Below, piece after piece: positions 48,145-55,777 of a DNA stretch of 55,777 nt. Under the pieces are notes generated by a model. It saw nothing but the letters and a program-made list of their open reading frames with translations. It ran no database searches and had not been told where the DNA came from. The position numbers and the translations under genes were made by a program. Source of the DNA: Parcubacteria group bacterium (GTDB taxonomy: Bacteria; Patescibacteriota; Minisyncoccia; Phycocordibacterales; CALRBT01); the NCBI GenBank assembly GCA_943354475.1, contig CALRBT010000005.1:1-55777 (forward strand), in the 5' to 3' direction. The first letter of the stretch is position 1, and each line of letters starts with the position of its first letter.

Positions 48145-48876
48145 TTACTGCAAATTATTGAACTCCTCTAGTGCTGCTAGAAAATCTGGCGGGTACGGAG
48201 CCTCCACTGTAGTTGGTTTACCTGCAACATTCAGGAAAGTAATCTCCCTAGCGTGGAGTGCTGTCCGCTCAAAACCAAGCATCTTCGGCTGATTTTCAGC
48301 ATAGAGTTTGTCGCAGATAACTGGATGATGAATTGCCTTAAAATGGACCCTGATCTGGTGAGTACGCCCTGTCTTTGGCTCTACTTCAACAAAGGTTAGC
48401 CCCTTAGTCCGTCCAAGGACACGATAGAGCGTCTGTGCTTCACGAAGCTCTCCTCTTGCGCCCGGTTGAGCTGACCAGCGTCTAAAATCCTTGCTACTCT
48501 TCCCTATTGGTCGGTTAATTTCACCTTCGTCGTCTTTGAGGTTGCCATAGACAAATGTGTGGTACTTTTTTCCCACCACCCTATCTTGAAATTGTTGTTT
48601 GAGGTGAAGGAATGCGTTTTGATTCTTTGCCAAAATAAGGACACCCGATGTCTCCCGATCAAGCCGGTGAACAATACCGGGGCGAGTAATAGCCTCACCA
48701 TTTGCCAATACCAACGGCTCTCCAACCTCCTTCATCTCTGGATGCTTTACCAACACCCAAGAAGCTACTGACTCCTCTATAGTGCGTCCATCTGCATGTA
48801 CCACAAGTCCTGCAGGCTTATTAATGACGATATAATCGCCGTCTTCAAAAAGAATGGGAATTTCTAAACTACTCAT
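48145..48876 (-). CDS. RluA family pseudouridine synthase
   Basis: [31 protein letters not shown]; real start ATG 48876 (the upstream extension runs through repeat A copy 3). Confidence 0.95.
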   Translation of the reverse strand: MSSLEIPILFEDGDYIVINKPAGLVVHADGRTIEESVASWVLVKHPEMKEVGEPLVLANGEAITRPGIVHRLDRETSGVLILAKNQNAFLHLKQQFQDRVVGKKYHTFVYGNLKDDEGEINRPIGKSSKDFRRWSAQPGARGELREAQTLYRVLGRTKGLTFVEVEPKTGRTHQIRVHFKAIHHPVICDKLYAENQPKMLGFERTALHAREITFLNVAGKPTTVEAPYPPDFLAALEEFNNLQ

Positions 48877-48914
48877 CCGCCTAGTATACAAAGAAAACGA
48901 GATTTCACTAACAT

Positions 48915-49037
48915 GGCACCTGCAAATTTGGATGAAGTTCGAGGCGCGAGGAAACTGATTTCTGCAGACGTACTCAAGGTACGACGGAAGAAATCGGCGA
49001 CGAAGCAACGAAGAAATTCGCCAAATTTGCAGGTGCT
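48915..49037 (-). repeat. Structured intergenic repeat family A, copy 3 (overlapping the uppS stop)
   Basis: Outer stem gcacctgcaaatttgg/ccaaatttgcaggtgc around the shared core. Confidence 0.88.
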
Positions 49038-49722
49038 ACTTTCCGTGTCGTCGGTCGCGTTCACTATATTCTTCCAAAATTTTTAAAAATTCTTCTTTGC
49101 TAAAATCTGGCCAAAGAGTGTCACAGAAGAAAAGTTCACTATAAGCGATTTGCCACAGAAGAAAGTTTGAGAGTCGTTTCTCTCCGCCCGTTCGAATTAC
49201 CAAGTCAGGGTCAGGAACTCCTGCGGTCCAAAGAAACTGTCCGAAGTTACCTTCATCTACACCCTCCTGAACCTCTTTTGGTGCTTGCGCAAAGCGTTTT
49301 GCCGCTTCAACGATTTCAGCACGTCCTCCATAGGAAATAGCAATGACCAGTAAGAAACCGTCTCGCTCTTTTGTCTCCTCTTCAACTTCTTTCAAGTAAC
49401 CTTGAAGGTCTTCGGGTAGTCGCTCGATTTGCCCAGCGAATTTAATTTTTATATTTTCATCCTTCCAAAAATCTTTTTCTTGATGGAAAGCGATGCGAAT
49501 CAGGTCAAAAAGATAGCTCACCTCTTCTTCGGCTCGTTTCCAATTTTCTGTTGAAAAAACGTACACTACGGCTGATTTCACACCAGCTTCTTTAGCCCAA
49601 AGGACACAGTCCTTGAGCCTATCCTTGCCAGCCTTATGACCCTCAATTGAAGAAAGTCCTTTGCCCTTTGCCCATCTACGATTACCATCGATAATTACTC
49701 CGATCGAATTTGGAACTTTCAT
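49036..49722 (-). CDS. uppS: Undecaprenyl/polyprenyl diphosphate synthase
   Basis: IIDGNRRWA, FSTENWKR, IRTGGEKRLSNFLLWQ. Confidence 0.97.
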   Translation of the reverse strand: MKVPNSIGVIIDGNRRWAKGKGLSSIEGHKAGKDRLKDCVLWAKEAGVKSAVVYVFSTENWKRAEEEVSYLFDLIRIAFHQEKDFWKDENIKIKFAGQIERLPEDLQGYLKEVEEETKERDGFLLVIAISYGGRAEIVEAAKRFAQAPKEVQEGVDEGNFGQFLWTAGVPDPDLVIRTGGEKRLSNFLLWQIAYSELFFCDTLWPDFSKEEFLKILEEYSERDRRHGK

Positions 49723-49731
49723 TTCTTTAAA

Positions 49732-50007
49732 TTAATAGACAATATTAAAGCCAGTAAAGCTGAGATTTGGATTATCCCACGTAACTTCCACATTTTCAAC
49801 AGAAGACAAAAGAGATCCTCGGTGGAGATAACTGATTAGTTGCACAAGAAGTTCCTTCTCTCCTTGAGCAACAACCCACACGGATCCGTCAACAAGATTC
49901 TTTACTGTACCGACAAGCCCCAATTTTCGTGCTCGTCGCTTTACAAAATCTCGATACATAACCATCTGGACACGGCCACTGACCCTTACCTCTATTTGAG
50001 CGTTCAT
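49732..50007 (-). CDS. acyP: Acylphosphatase
   Basis: VSGRVQMVMYR..GTVKNLVDGSV. Confidence 0.93.
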   Translation of the reverse strand: MNAQIEVRVSGRVQMVMYRDFVKRRARKLGLVGTVKNLVDGSVWVVAQGEKELLVQLISYLHRGSLLSSVENVEVTWDNPNLSFTGFNIVY

Positions 50008-50123
50008 TAAAAAATTTTAACATAAACCCACAAAAACGAGCAGCGCAACAAATTGTCAGGCGTCGATTAACATATTGCGTAAATATCGATATACTTTAGA
50101 AACTAGCATTAACTCATTACATC

Positions 50124-51068
50124 ATGGATTTCCTTCGTCGAATTGGGCTTTCGCTTACCACTGGTTATATTTTTTTCTTTTTTGGTGAACGTATTTTTTG
50201 GTCACTTCCTAACAATCCCGAACTGAACACACCGATTGACCTCATGGCAACATGGCTTGTTTACTCATTTTTTGCCTACCTCTGCTTCATCATAATCAAG
50301 CAGTGCCGTGTCCGTTCGGTGTGGGCAGTGTTTTTAGTTGCCGCACTTTATGGTTGGCTTATTGAAGGGGTCTTCTCTTTAACCACCTTTGGTATTGGCA
50401 GTATGCCGTTCCCTTATTCAATTGTTTGGACAGCTCTGGCGTGGCACGCGCTCTGTGTTATGGGTGGCTGGTATTGGATGCTACAACTACTACAAACTTC
50501 AACAAAAAAAGTACTGATAGGTTCCATGCTCCTTGGTATCTTTTGGGGAGTTTGGTCACTCTACTGGCCAACTACTGGTTTGGTGTCGACACCTGTAAAC
50601 TATCTTGTGTATACACTTTTCTGGACAGCTCTCTATATCCTTGCACTTCATAGTTACCACTGGCTAAGCAGTGAGATATTTTCTGCAACAAAAACAGAGA
50701 AGGTAATATTAGGACTTATCACTCTTGCTTGGTACTGCGGTTTTACGGTGACACAAGGAGGCTTCTTACTTCCCCTTACTGTACTTCCCATCCTCTTTGG
50801 AATAATTTATTTTGCTTTACAAAAAAACAAACGGAAAGAGACCTCGCCTGACGTCCTCACTTCTATCAATAAAAGAATCTCTTTCAAACGATCCGTCTTT
50901 ATTCTCCTCGCCCCTCTTCTTGCCACAGCCATCTTTAGCTCTGGATTTTATTTTCCGACCAACATTCCTTACCTAGTGACACTGAGCACTCTCGGCATAG
51001 GAATGTTTGTAGTGAGTTTGTATAACGTATTTAGAACCAAGAAGTCTTCCCAGGGAATTGATAAATAA
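50124..51068 (+). CDS. Polytopic membrane hypothetical protein
   Basis: Many TM helices; ALYGWLIEG..LAWHAL motif. Confidence 0.75.
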   Translation: MDFLRRIGLSLTTGYIFFFFGERIFWSLPNNPELNTPIDLMATWLVYSFFAYLCFIIIKQCRVRSVWAVFLVAALYGWLIEGVFSLTTFGIGSMPFPYSIVWTALAWHALCVMGGWYWMLQLLQTSTKKVLIGSMLLGIFWGVWSLYWPTTGLVSTPVNYLVYTLFWTALYILALHSYHWLSSEIFSATKTEKVILGLITLAWYCGFTVTQGGFLLPLTVLPILFGIIYFALQKNKRKETSPDVLTSINKRISFKRSVFILLAPLLATAIFSSGFYFPTNIPYLVTLSTLGIGMFVVSLYNVFRTKKSSQGIDK

Positions 51069-51101
51069 TCCATTTTAGTTATACTGTATCCGTCCTTAAA
51101 A

Positions 51102-51174
51102 GGGCGATTAGCTCAGTTGGTAGAGCAACTCATTTACACTGAGAAGGTCGGGGGTTCAAGTCCCTCATCGCCCA
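51102..51174 (+). tRNA. tRNA-Val(TAC)
   Basis: gggcgattagctcagttggtagagc..ttTACac..ggttcaagtccctcatcgccca; TTGATA/TATACT promoter-like boxes at 51058-51085. Confidence 0.96.
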
Positions 51175-51225
51175 CTAAACAAAAGAGACAATGTATCACA
51201 TTGGTGATTATTGTTTATGAGGCAA

Positions 51226-51347
51226 GATGAGGGACTTGAAAGACGGAGGCGATATACAAGACGAGCTTTGCGAGGACTTGTCGCCGAGTCGGGGTCGAGA
51301 AAATTTTGTTTACAAAATTATTCGTGACCAAGTCCCTCATCGCCCAC
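51226..51347 (+). repeat. tRNA-end-bracketed module (family B1) after tRNA-Val
   Basis: Starts with an inverted copy (gatgagggacttgaa) and ends with an exact 19-bp direct copy (caagtccctcatcgcccac) of the tRNA-Val 3' end. Confidence 0.88.
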
Positions 51348-51400
51348 AAAAACTTAAAAACCCTAAGTGAGCTTAGGGTTTTTAAGTTTTTGTGGGCGAT
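51339..51400. repeat. Perfect inverted repeat with 29-bp arms
   Basis: atcgcccacaaaaacttaaaaaccctaag-tgag-cttagggtttttaagtttttgtgggcgat. Confidence 0.92.
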
Positions 51401-51427
51401 AGTAAGCAACCTGCCTTGCTTACGTGA

Positions 51428-51627
51428 AGGACTTGAAGAGTTTGAACGTATCGCGCGCAACGCAGTGAGCACGATATGTAAGGGAACACTTATACTCTTG
51501 AGTAAAAACCGTACAGAATCTGTAAGATTCAAGTCCTACTGACTTGAAAAGGTTCTCCCACATTTTTGAGGATATGTGTATCCGAAAAAATGGGAAACCT
51601 GAACTGAACCTGTAAGGTTCTAGTCCC
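51428..51627 (+). repeat. Two further T-arm-bracketed modules (family B2) after tRNA-Val
   Basis: 51428-51537 aggacttgaa..ttcaagtcct; 51541-51627 gacttgaa..ttctagtccc; both have a hairpin ending ctgtaag near the 3' end. Confidence 0.75.
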
Positions 51628-51671
51628 AAATGTTTTACTCGAGGTTTACCCCCCCCAGTAAAACAGTAAAA

Positions 51672-51839
51672 CAGGAGTCTCCCCCAACGGGGGCGGGTAT
51701 CTTTCTCGTTTTGCTTCGCAAAACATAGAAGGGTCTTTCGAGACCTACACAGTAGGAATCTTTCCCTACGGGAACGGTACAGGCTTCATATCGTACTCGC
51801 TTTGCTCCGTGCGATATATTCAGCCTTTTCGATTCCTAC
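51672..51839 (-). repeat. Two T-arm-bracketed modules (family B2-like) downstream of tRNA-Arg
   Basis: 51752-51839 gtaggaatcgaa..gattcctac and 51672-51748 gtaggtctcgaa..gactcctg (minus strand) copy the tRNA-Arg T-stem. Confidence 0.72.
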
Positions 51840-51888
51840 ACGCTCGTGCATTGGCACGAGCTCGGGGGGACACTCACTACGTTCGTTG

Positions 51889-51960
51889 TCCCCCCGGTAG
51901 GAATCGAACCTACATCAAGAGCTTAGAAGTCTCTTGTTCTATCCATTGAACTACGGGGAG
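51889..51960 (-). tRNA. tRNA-Arg(TCT)
   Basis: ctccccgtagttcaatggatagaac..ctTCTaa..gtaggttcgattcctaccgggggga. Confidence 0.94.
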
Positions 51961-52089
51961 AAAAACTAGTTGTTAGGTTATAACTTACAGATACTAGCTT
52001 GGACACAAAAACCTAAAACAATATAGGCACACTAGCACAAAAGTAAGGTCAGATAAAGCCTGTTTTTTGTTCTTAGTTCTTGATTCTTA

Positions 52090-52422
52090 TTAGATGCCGG
52101 GGTCAGCGATTTCAGGTTCACTTATTCGGTACATCTCGAAAGTTCGAGCTCTATTTTGAAAAAATGAAAGTGTCTCTTCGAGGGCTTTGTTGTCAAGTGC
52201 TATAACTGACTTAGTAGCACTTATTACCCTTGGTTCAGAGATGCCACGATTAACTTGAAGAAATAAATATCCATCAAGTGCCAACACCAGCAACACAGTC
52301 AATATCAAAAAACTGACGTTAATCTTCCAGTCTCGATTACGATGATGTTCCAGTGTCGAGACTTTGCTACGAACGAAATATTTTTTAAATTTTAACAAAA
52401 CAGGCCTAAGTGAAATGTTCAT
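52090..52422 (-). CDS. Single-TM hypothetical protein at the end of the pilMNO cluster
   Basis: One TM helix; co-oriented after the PilO-like gene; start trimmed to ATG 52422. Confidence 0.65.
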   Translation of the reverse strand: MNISLRPVLLKFKKYFVRSKVSTLEHHRNRDWKINVSFLILTVLLVLALDGYLFLQVNRGISEPRVISATKSVIALDNKALEETLSFFQNRARTFEMYRISEPEIADPGI

Positions 52423-52427
52423 AAGAA

Positions 52428-53051
52428 TTATTTGTTTTTTAACACATTGAGTGAAAATACCCCACTCCAACGTCTCACCTTACCTTTAAGGTCAGTATCT
52501 GGAACCACAGTAAGGTTTGCTTGAGTAAAATTGACTTGGTACGGCATCGTTTCAACTAACGCAATAAACTGCATGACATCAGCCCACCTCCCATCAACCC
52601 TAACTTGCAAATGAAGTATTTCCCACTTACTTAAATCAGATGGTTGTATTGCTTCATTTTTAAGAACAACAGGATCTTTTGATTTCGTTTCTGTGGTCGA
52701 TTTTGTTTTTCCCAAAAGAGGTGTGAAACTTGGGGTTTGAATTTCAAGAGTAAGATTATTGGTACTTGCGAGTTTCTCAAGTGAGACAAGAAATGCAACC
52801 GTATTCTCATCCTTTTGCCCGAGAAAATATGAGTTCAGAGTGTCTCTCTTTGTTGAAGTTTCATTAAACAACGTTTTATTCTCACTAAGGTGTTTTACTT
52901 TCTCCGCTTCATTTGCGATATCTTGGGCAAGTAAAGAAACTTCCATCTCTTTCTGTAAAATACTCCAGTATAGAAAGCTGTGTAGCGCTATTGCTACAAG
53001 GACCACTCCTGTCAGCATAGCGACAATTATTTTGGTTGGTAATGATTTCAT
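52428..53051 (-). CDS. PilO-like type IV pilus assembly protein
   Basis: TM helix plus coiled coil; VDGRWADVMQFIALVETMPY; position after PilN-like gene. Confidence 0.7.
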   Translation of the reverse strand: MKSLPTKIIVAMLTGVVLVAIALHSFLYWSILQKEMEVSLLAQDIANEAEKVKHLSENKTLFNETSTKRDTLNSYFLGQKDENTVAFLVSLEKLASTNNLTLEIQTPSFTPLLGKTKSTTETKSKDPVVLKNEAIQPSDLSKWEILHLQVRVDGRWADVMQFIALVETMPYQVNFTQANLTVVPDTDLKGKVRRWSGVFSLNVLKNK

Positions 53052-53053
53052 AT

Positions 53054-53590
53054 CTAAAAATTCCCTTTAATACTGAGCGTAAAATCTAAATTCTCAGCTT
53101 TTATTAAATCAGCGATGGAATGCTTAATTTCCGTGAATGATTTTTCATTCTGGAGGCTATTCTTAAAGTTAATGAGTGCATCTCTTGTTGTAGCGTGGCC
53201 GGTGAGTACTAAGGAGTTGCTACCTCCCGTAGTTGTGTAATCGATACTCTCAAGTTTGACTCCAGGTACCATTTGGTTAGTAATTTTGGTAACCATCGCG
53301 ATAAGGGTTGTATCGTCTCGTTCCTGGCGGAGTACGGAAATCTTATTGGTTATGTCTCCAAGGGCAGTAATATAATCCTCACCTTGAGTTGCTTTGATTG
53401 TACTAATCATTTCTTCTTTTATTTTCGTACGATCATCATGTTCAACTTTCAGTAAAACATATGTTGGTATAAGAAAAGCCAACCCAATGAGGAGTGCTGT
53501 TAGAGTGAAAACAAGGATGATTGAAGCTATGCGTAATCGATACTCCACCCTGATTTTCTTTTTACTATACTCTGGTAGTAGGTTTGGCAT
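53054..53590 (-). CDS. PilN-like type IV pilus assembly protein
   Basis: MPNLLP start (PilN NLLP motif), TM helix, LTGHATTRDALINFKNSL. Confidence 0.8.
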   Translation of the reverse strand: MPNLLPEYSKKKIRVEYRLRIASIILVFTLTALLIGLAFLIPTYVLLKVEHDDRTKIKEEMISTIKATQGEDYITALGDITNKISVLRQERDDTTLIAMVTKITNQMVPGVKLESIDYTTTGGSNSLVLTGHATTRDALINFKNSLQNEKSFTEIKHSIADLIKAENLDFTLSIKGNF

Positions 53591-53600
53591 TGTTTTTATT

Positions 53601-54722
53601 TTATGAAGTTCGAAGTGCCAAACCGACCGTCGTTGCGTAACGAAGGGAGTCAGCAAAATCAATTGGTGGAATGGTTTTTTCAAAATCAAGAACATTCGTC
53701 CAGACATTTCCCAACTCAACCGACATACGTAAACTACTAGAGAGATAGTCAACGAGACCAATCAAGTTGGCGTCCCCTCCGCAGAGAATGATTTTCTGAA
53801 TTTGGTCAGGAACCCTACCCTCTCGGTCTTTTGAGTTATGCCAGTAGATATAATGACGACTAATTTCATCACGAAGTACTGAAACCGGAGTCAGGAGTGC
53901 ATTGAACACTTCTTTATTTTCAAAGTTTTTTGAAAGTCCTTTTTCTTTCTTTATTTTTTCCGCCTCCTCTTCCCCTATTGAGAATATTTTCTGGAGTGCT
54001 GTACATAGTAGATTTCCACCAATATCAAGTGTTGAGGTATATCTAACTACTCCTTCACTCTTTATCGAAATACCACTTCTTGTTTTACCAAAATCGACAA
54101 TCATATACGTTCCCAAATCTCCAAATGGTACGAGTGAACGGGCTATCGCTTGTGCCTCAATTTCAAAAGAGAGGGGTATCAATCCGGAAGTTTCAACCAA
54201 TTCCGTATAGCTCTGCACAATAATCCCCGGCATGACGGATACGCTCACCTCTATATTTGTCGACTGTGCTTCATTTGCCTTTATGGGGTCAAAATCAAAA
54301 ATAACTTCAGCGGGAGAAAGGGGGACATTGTCCTCAAGACCAAATTCGATACTGCTTCGCATTTCTTCTTCACTCCCCCGAGGAATTGATGTTTTGAAGA
54401 GGTACACCTTTTCTTCAGGGAGTGAGACTCTAACGAAACGAAAACCAAACTTTTTTTTGAGATCCTTTAAGATTTCCCGAAGAACTTCTGGTTTTACTAA
54501 TTCTCCTGAAACCACAACTCCGTTGGGTATATCGAGATTACCAAATCTTCCGATTGTAAAACCCTCTTTTTTTGGAAGGAGTTCAAGAAACCGAACGGAT
54601 TGATATGATATATCAAGTCCGACCGATTGCATTTCCAAAAACTTTGGCACAGGAAACATTCGTAAAAATAAATCGTGATCGTGTTGATTCGCAATTGTCT
54701 TATTTATCAAAGTCGCTTTCAT
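53601..54722 (-). CDS. pilM: Type IV pilus assembly protein PilM
   Basis: GLDIS, IVDFGKTRS, IILCGGDANL, YATTVGLALR (actin-like fold). Confidence 0.92.
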   Translation of the reverse strand: MKATLINKTIANQHDHDLFLRMFPVPKFLEMQSVGLDISYQSVRFLELLPKKEGFTIGRFGNLDIPNGVVVSGELVKPEVLREILKDLKKKFGFRFVRVSLPEEKVYLFKTSIPRGSEEEMRSSIEFGLEDNVPLSPAEVIFDFDPIKANEAQSTNIEVSVSVMPGIIVQSYTELVETSGLIPLSFEIEAQAIARSLVPFGDLGTYMIVDFGKTRSGISIKSEGVVRYTSTLDIGGNLLCTALQKIFSIGEEEAEKIKKEKGLSKNFENKEVFNALLTPVSVLRDEISRHYIYWHNSKDREGRVPDQIQKIILCGGDANLIGLVDYLSSSLRMSVELGNVWTNVLDFEKTIPPIDFADSLRYATTVGLALRTS

Positions 54723-54849
54723 AATAACTAAATTATAGTGCGCAAACTTATTCGCATTACTATTAGTATATCGTGGACGAGATAAACAAAGAAGTGACTT
54801 GTTGACGAGGCTCGATGGTGATGAGTTATTTAAACTTAAAAACTAAATA

Positions 54850-55179
54850 TTATCGTACCTCACTACCTGCCGGCATAGTTGAAGAAACTTCCATTAGAGA
54901 AAAGTCATCTTTTTCGGATGAAGCGGCCATAATCATACCGTTACTTTCAAGCCCTTTTATAATCCTTGGTTCGAGGTTTGTAATAAACGGACAGAGCTTA
55001 CCAACCAATGTTTGAATGTCTTCAAAGTGAAGTGCAATACCTGAGATAATTTGCCTTGGTTTTTCTTCCCCAAAATCAACTTCAAGGCGTAGCAGTTTAT
55101 CAGTATCGGGAACCTTCTCGACACTGAGAATTTTACCAATCTTTATTTCTAATTTTTTAAAATCATCTATGGTTGCCAT
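54850..55179 (-). CDS. Free-standing tRNA-binding OB-fold protein (MetRS C-terminal/Trbp111/CsaA-like)
   Basis: IDDFKKLEIKIGKI..DKLLRLEVDFG..NLEPRIIKGLESNGM. Confidence 0.92.
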   Translation of the reverse strand: MATIDDFKKLEIKIGKILSVEKVPDTDKLLRLEVDFGEEKPRQIISGIALHFEDIQTLVGKLCPFITNLEPRIIKGLESNGMIMAASSEKDDFSLMEVSSTMPAGSEVR

Positions 55180-55183
55180 ATTT

Positions 55184-55576
55184 TTATTTGTTTTTAAACT
55201 TTTGTTTATCTAGATAGCTTTGTAAAATAATTGCAGCAGCAGAGGCGTCAAGCATATCGTTTTTACCTTGGATCATCTCAGCCTGCTGAGACGACATAAA
55301 CTCTGGTTCCAAGTGAATAGTGAGCTGCGTTATTTCCTCGAGTTCTCTTTTAAACTGATGCACCTGCTCCATAATACTATTCTCCCTCTGCTCGTAATCT
55401 CTCGATTCCCCAAGAACAATCTCTTCGACTCCTTCATCCAGACAAATCTTGGTTAGGGTTTCAATAAGATGGGTGTTGTTCTGCAAGACCATTTTCGGAA
55501 AAGCCATAGTCCCCATCTCATCTGAGAGCGCAACCCCTACTCTTTTACTACCATAGTCAATTCCCAAATAACGCAT
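55184..55576 (-). CDS. ruvX: YqgF/RuvX family pre-16S rRNA nuclease
   Basis: LGIDYGSKRVGVALSD..DASAAAIILQSYL. Confidence 0.94.
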   Translation of the reverse strand: MRYLGIDYGSKRVGVALSDEMGTMAFPKMVLQNNTHLIETLTKICLDEGVEEIVLGESRDYEQRENSIMEQVHQFKRELEEITQLTIHLEPEFMSSQQAEMIQGKNDMLDASAAAIILQSYLDKQKFKNK

Positions 55577-55678
55577 AGCGTCCAGTTTACCCCAAAACTA
55601 ATCAAAATCACATAACCCCATACAGTCTATTTGCTTGAGAAAAAATTAAAAATGGATATACTGGCTTAGTTACAGTAA

Positions 55679-55763
55679 GGAGGGGTCGCATAGTGGTTTA
55701 GTGCACCGGTCTTGAAAACCGGAGTACCGCAAGGTACCGAGAGTTCGAATCTCTCCCCCTCCG
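55679..55763 (+). tRNA. tRNA-Ser(TGA)
   Basis: ggaggggtcgc..ccggt-ctTGAaa-accgg, long variable arm, gttcgaatc..ccctccg; TTGAGA/TATACT boxes upstream. Confidence 0.96.
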
Positions 55764-55777
55764 CAAATTGAAACTTC

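Noticed and set aside
48877-49008. N-terminal extension of RluA, and ORF 12605-12850
   Set aside because: The RluA extension is an open frame through repeat A and the real start has a -10 box and ATG at 48876; 12605-12850 is an alternate frame within ssb
51215-51629. ORFs 51215-51532, 51306-51542 and 51420-51629
   Set aside because: They run through palindromic repeat modules and are likely spurious
51176-51888. CRISPR array in the repeat-rich tRNA gap
   Set aside because: Repeats are short, degenerate, in both orientations and tRNA-derived; the interiors are related to each other rather than unique spacers; no cas genes in the window

Overview
Chromosomal window from a small-genome bacterium, very likely Patescibacteria/CPR (Parcubacteria-like). 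Support: CPR-type EF-P loop, rplK with no rplA after it, pilM-N-O cluster, giant secreted surface protein, and genetic code 11 (TGA used as stop). Most of it is housekeeping: ftsK, recA, efp, rpsF-ssb-rpsR, metG, glyQS, ileS, recO, dut, glyA, secE-nusG-rplK, rplS, uppS, ruvX and five tRNAs (His, Leu, Val, Arg, Ser). The main accessory signals are: (1) a compact + strand operon (27293-32359) encoding a ParB/Srx-motif protein, a tandem cytidine-deaminase-fold protein, an 810-aa MtrA-like/DUF4346x2/thymidylate-synthase-like fusion with altered active-site residues and a HAD phosphatase, sitting beside glyA-dut; this is a candidate novel pyrimidine or nucleotide modification pathway; (2) structured DNA modules downstream of tRNA genes, each bracketed by an inverted and a direct copy of the local tRNA T-arm/3' end; (3) a ~120-nt structured repeat in three copies, each starting at the TAG stop of a minus-strand gene; (4) an alternative-oxidase-family gene coupled to a FAD-linked oxidoreductase; (5) a histidine-phosphatase domain inserted in IleRS; (6) pervasive apparent leaderless gene starts. 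All family calls come from motif recognition by eye; no searches were run.
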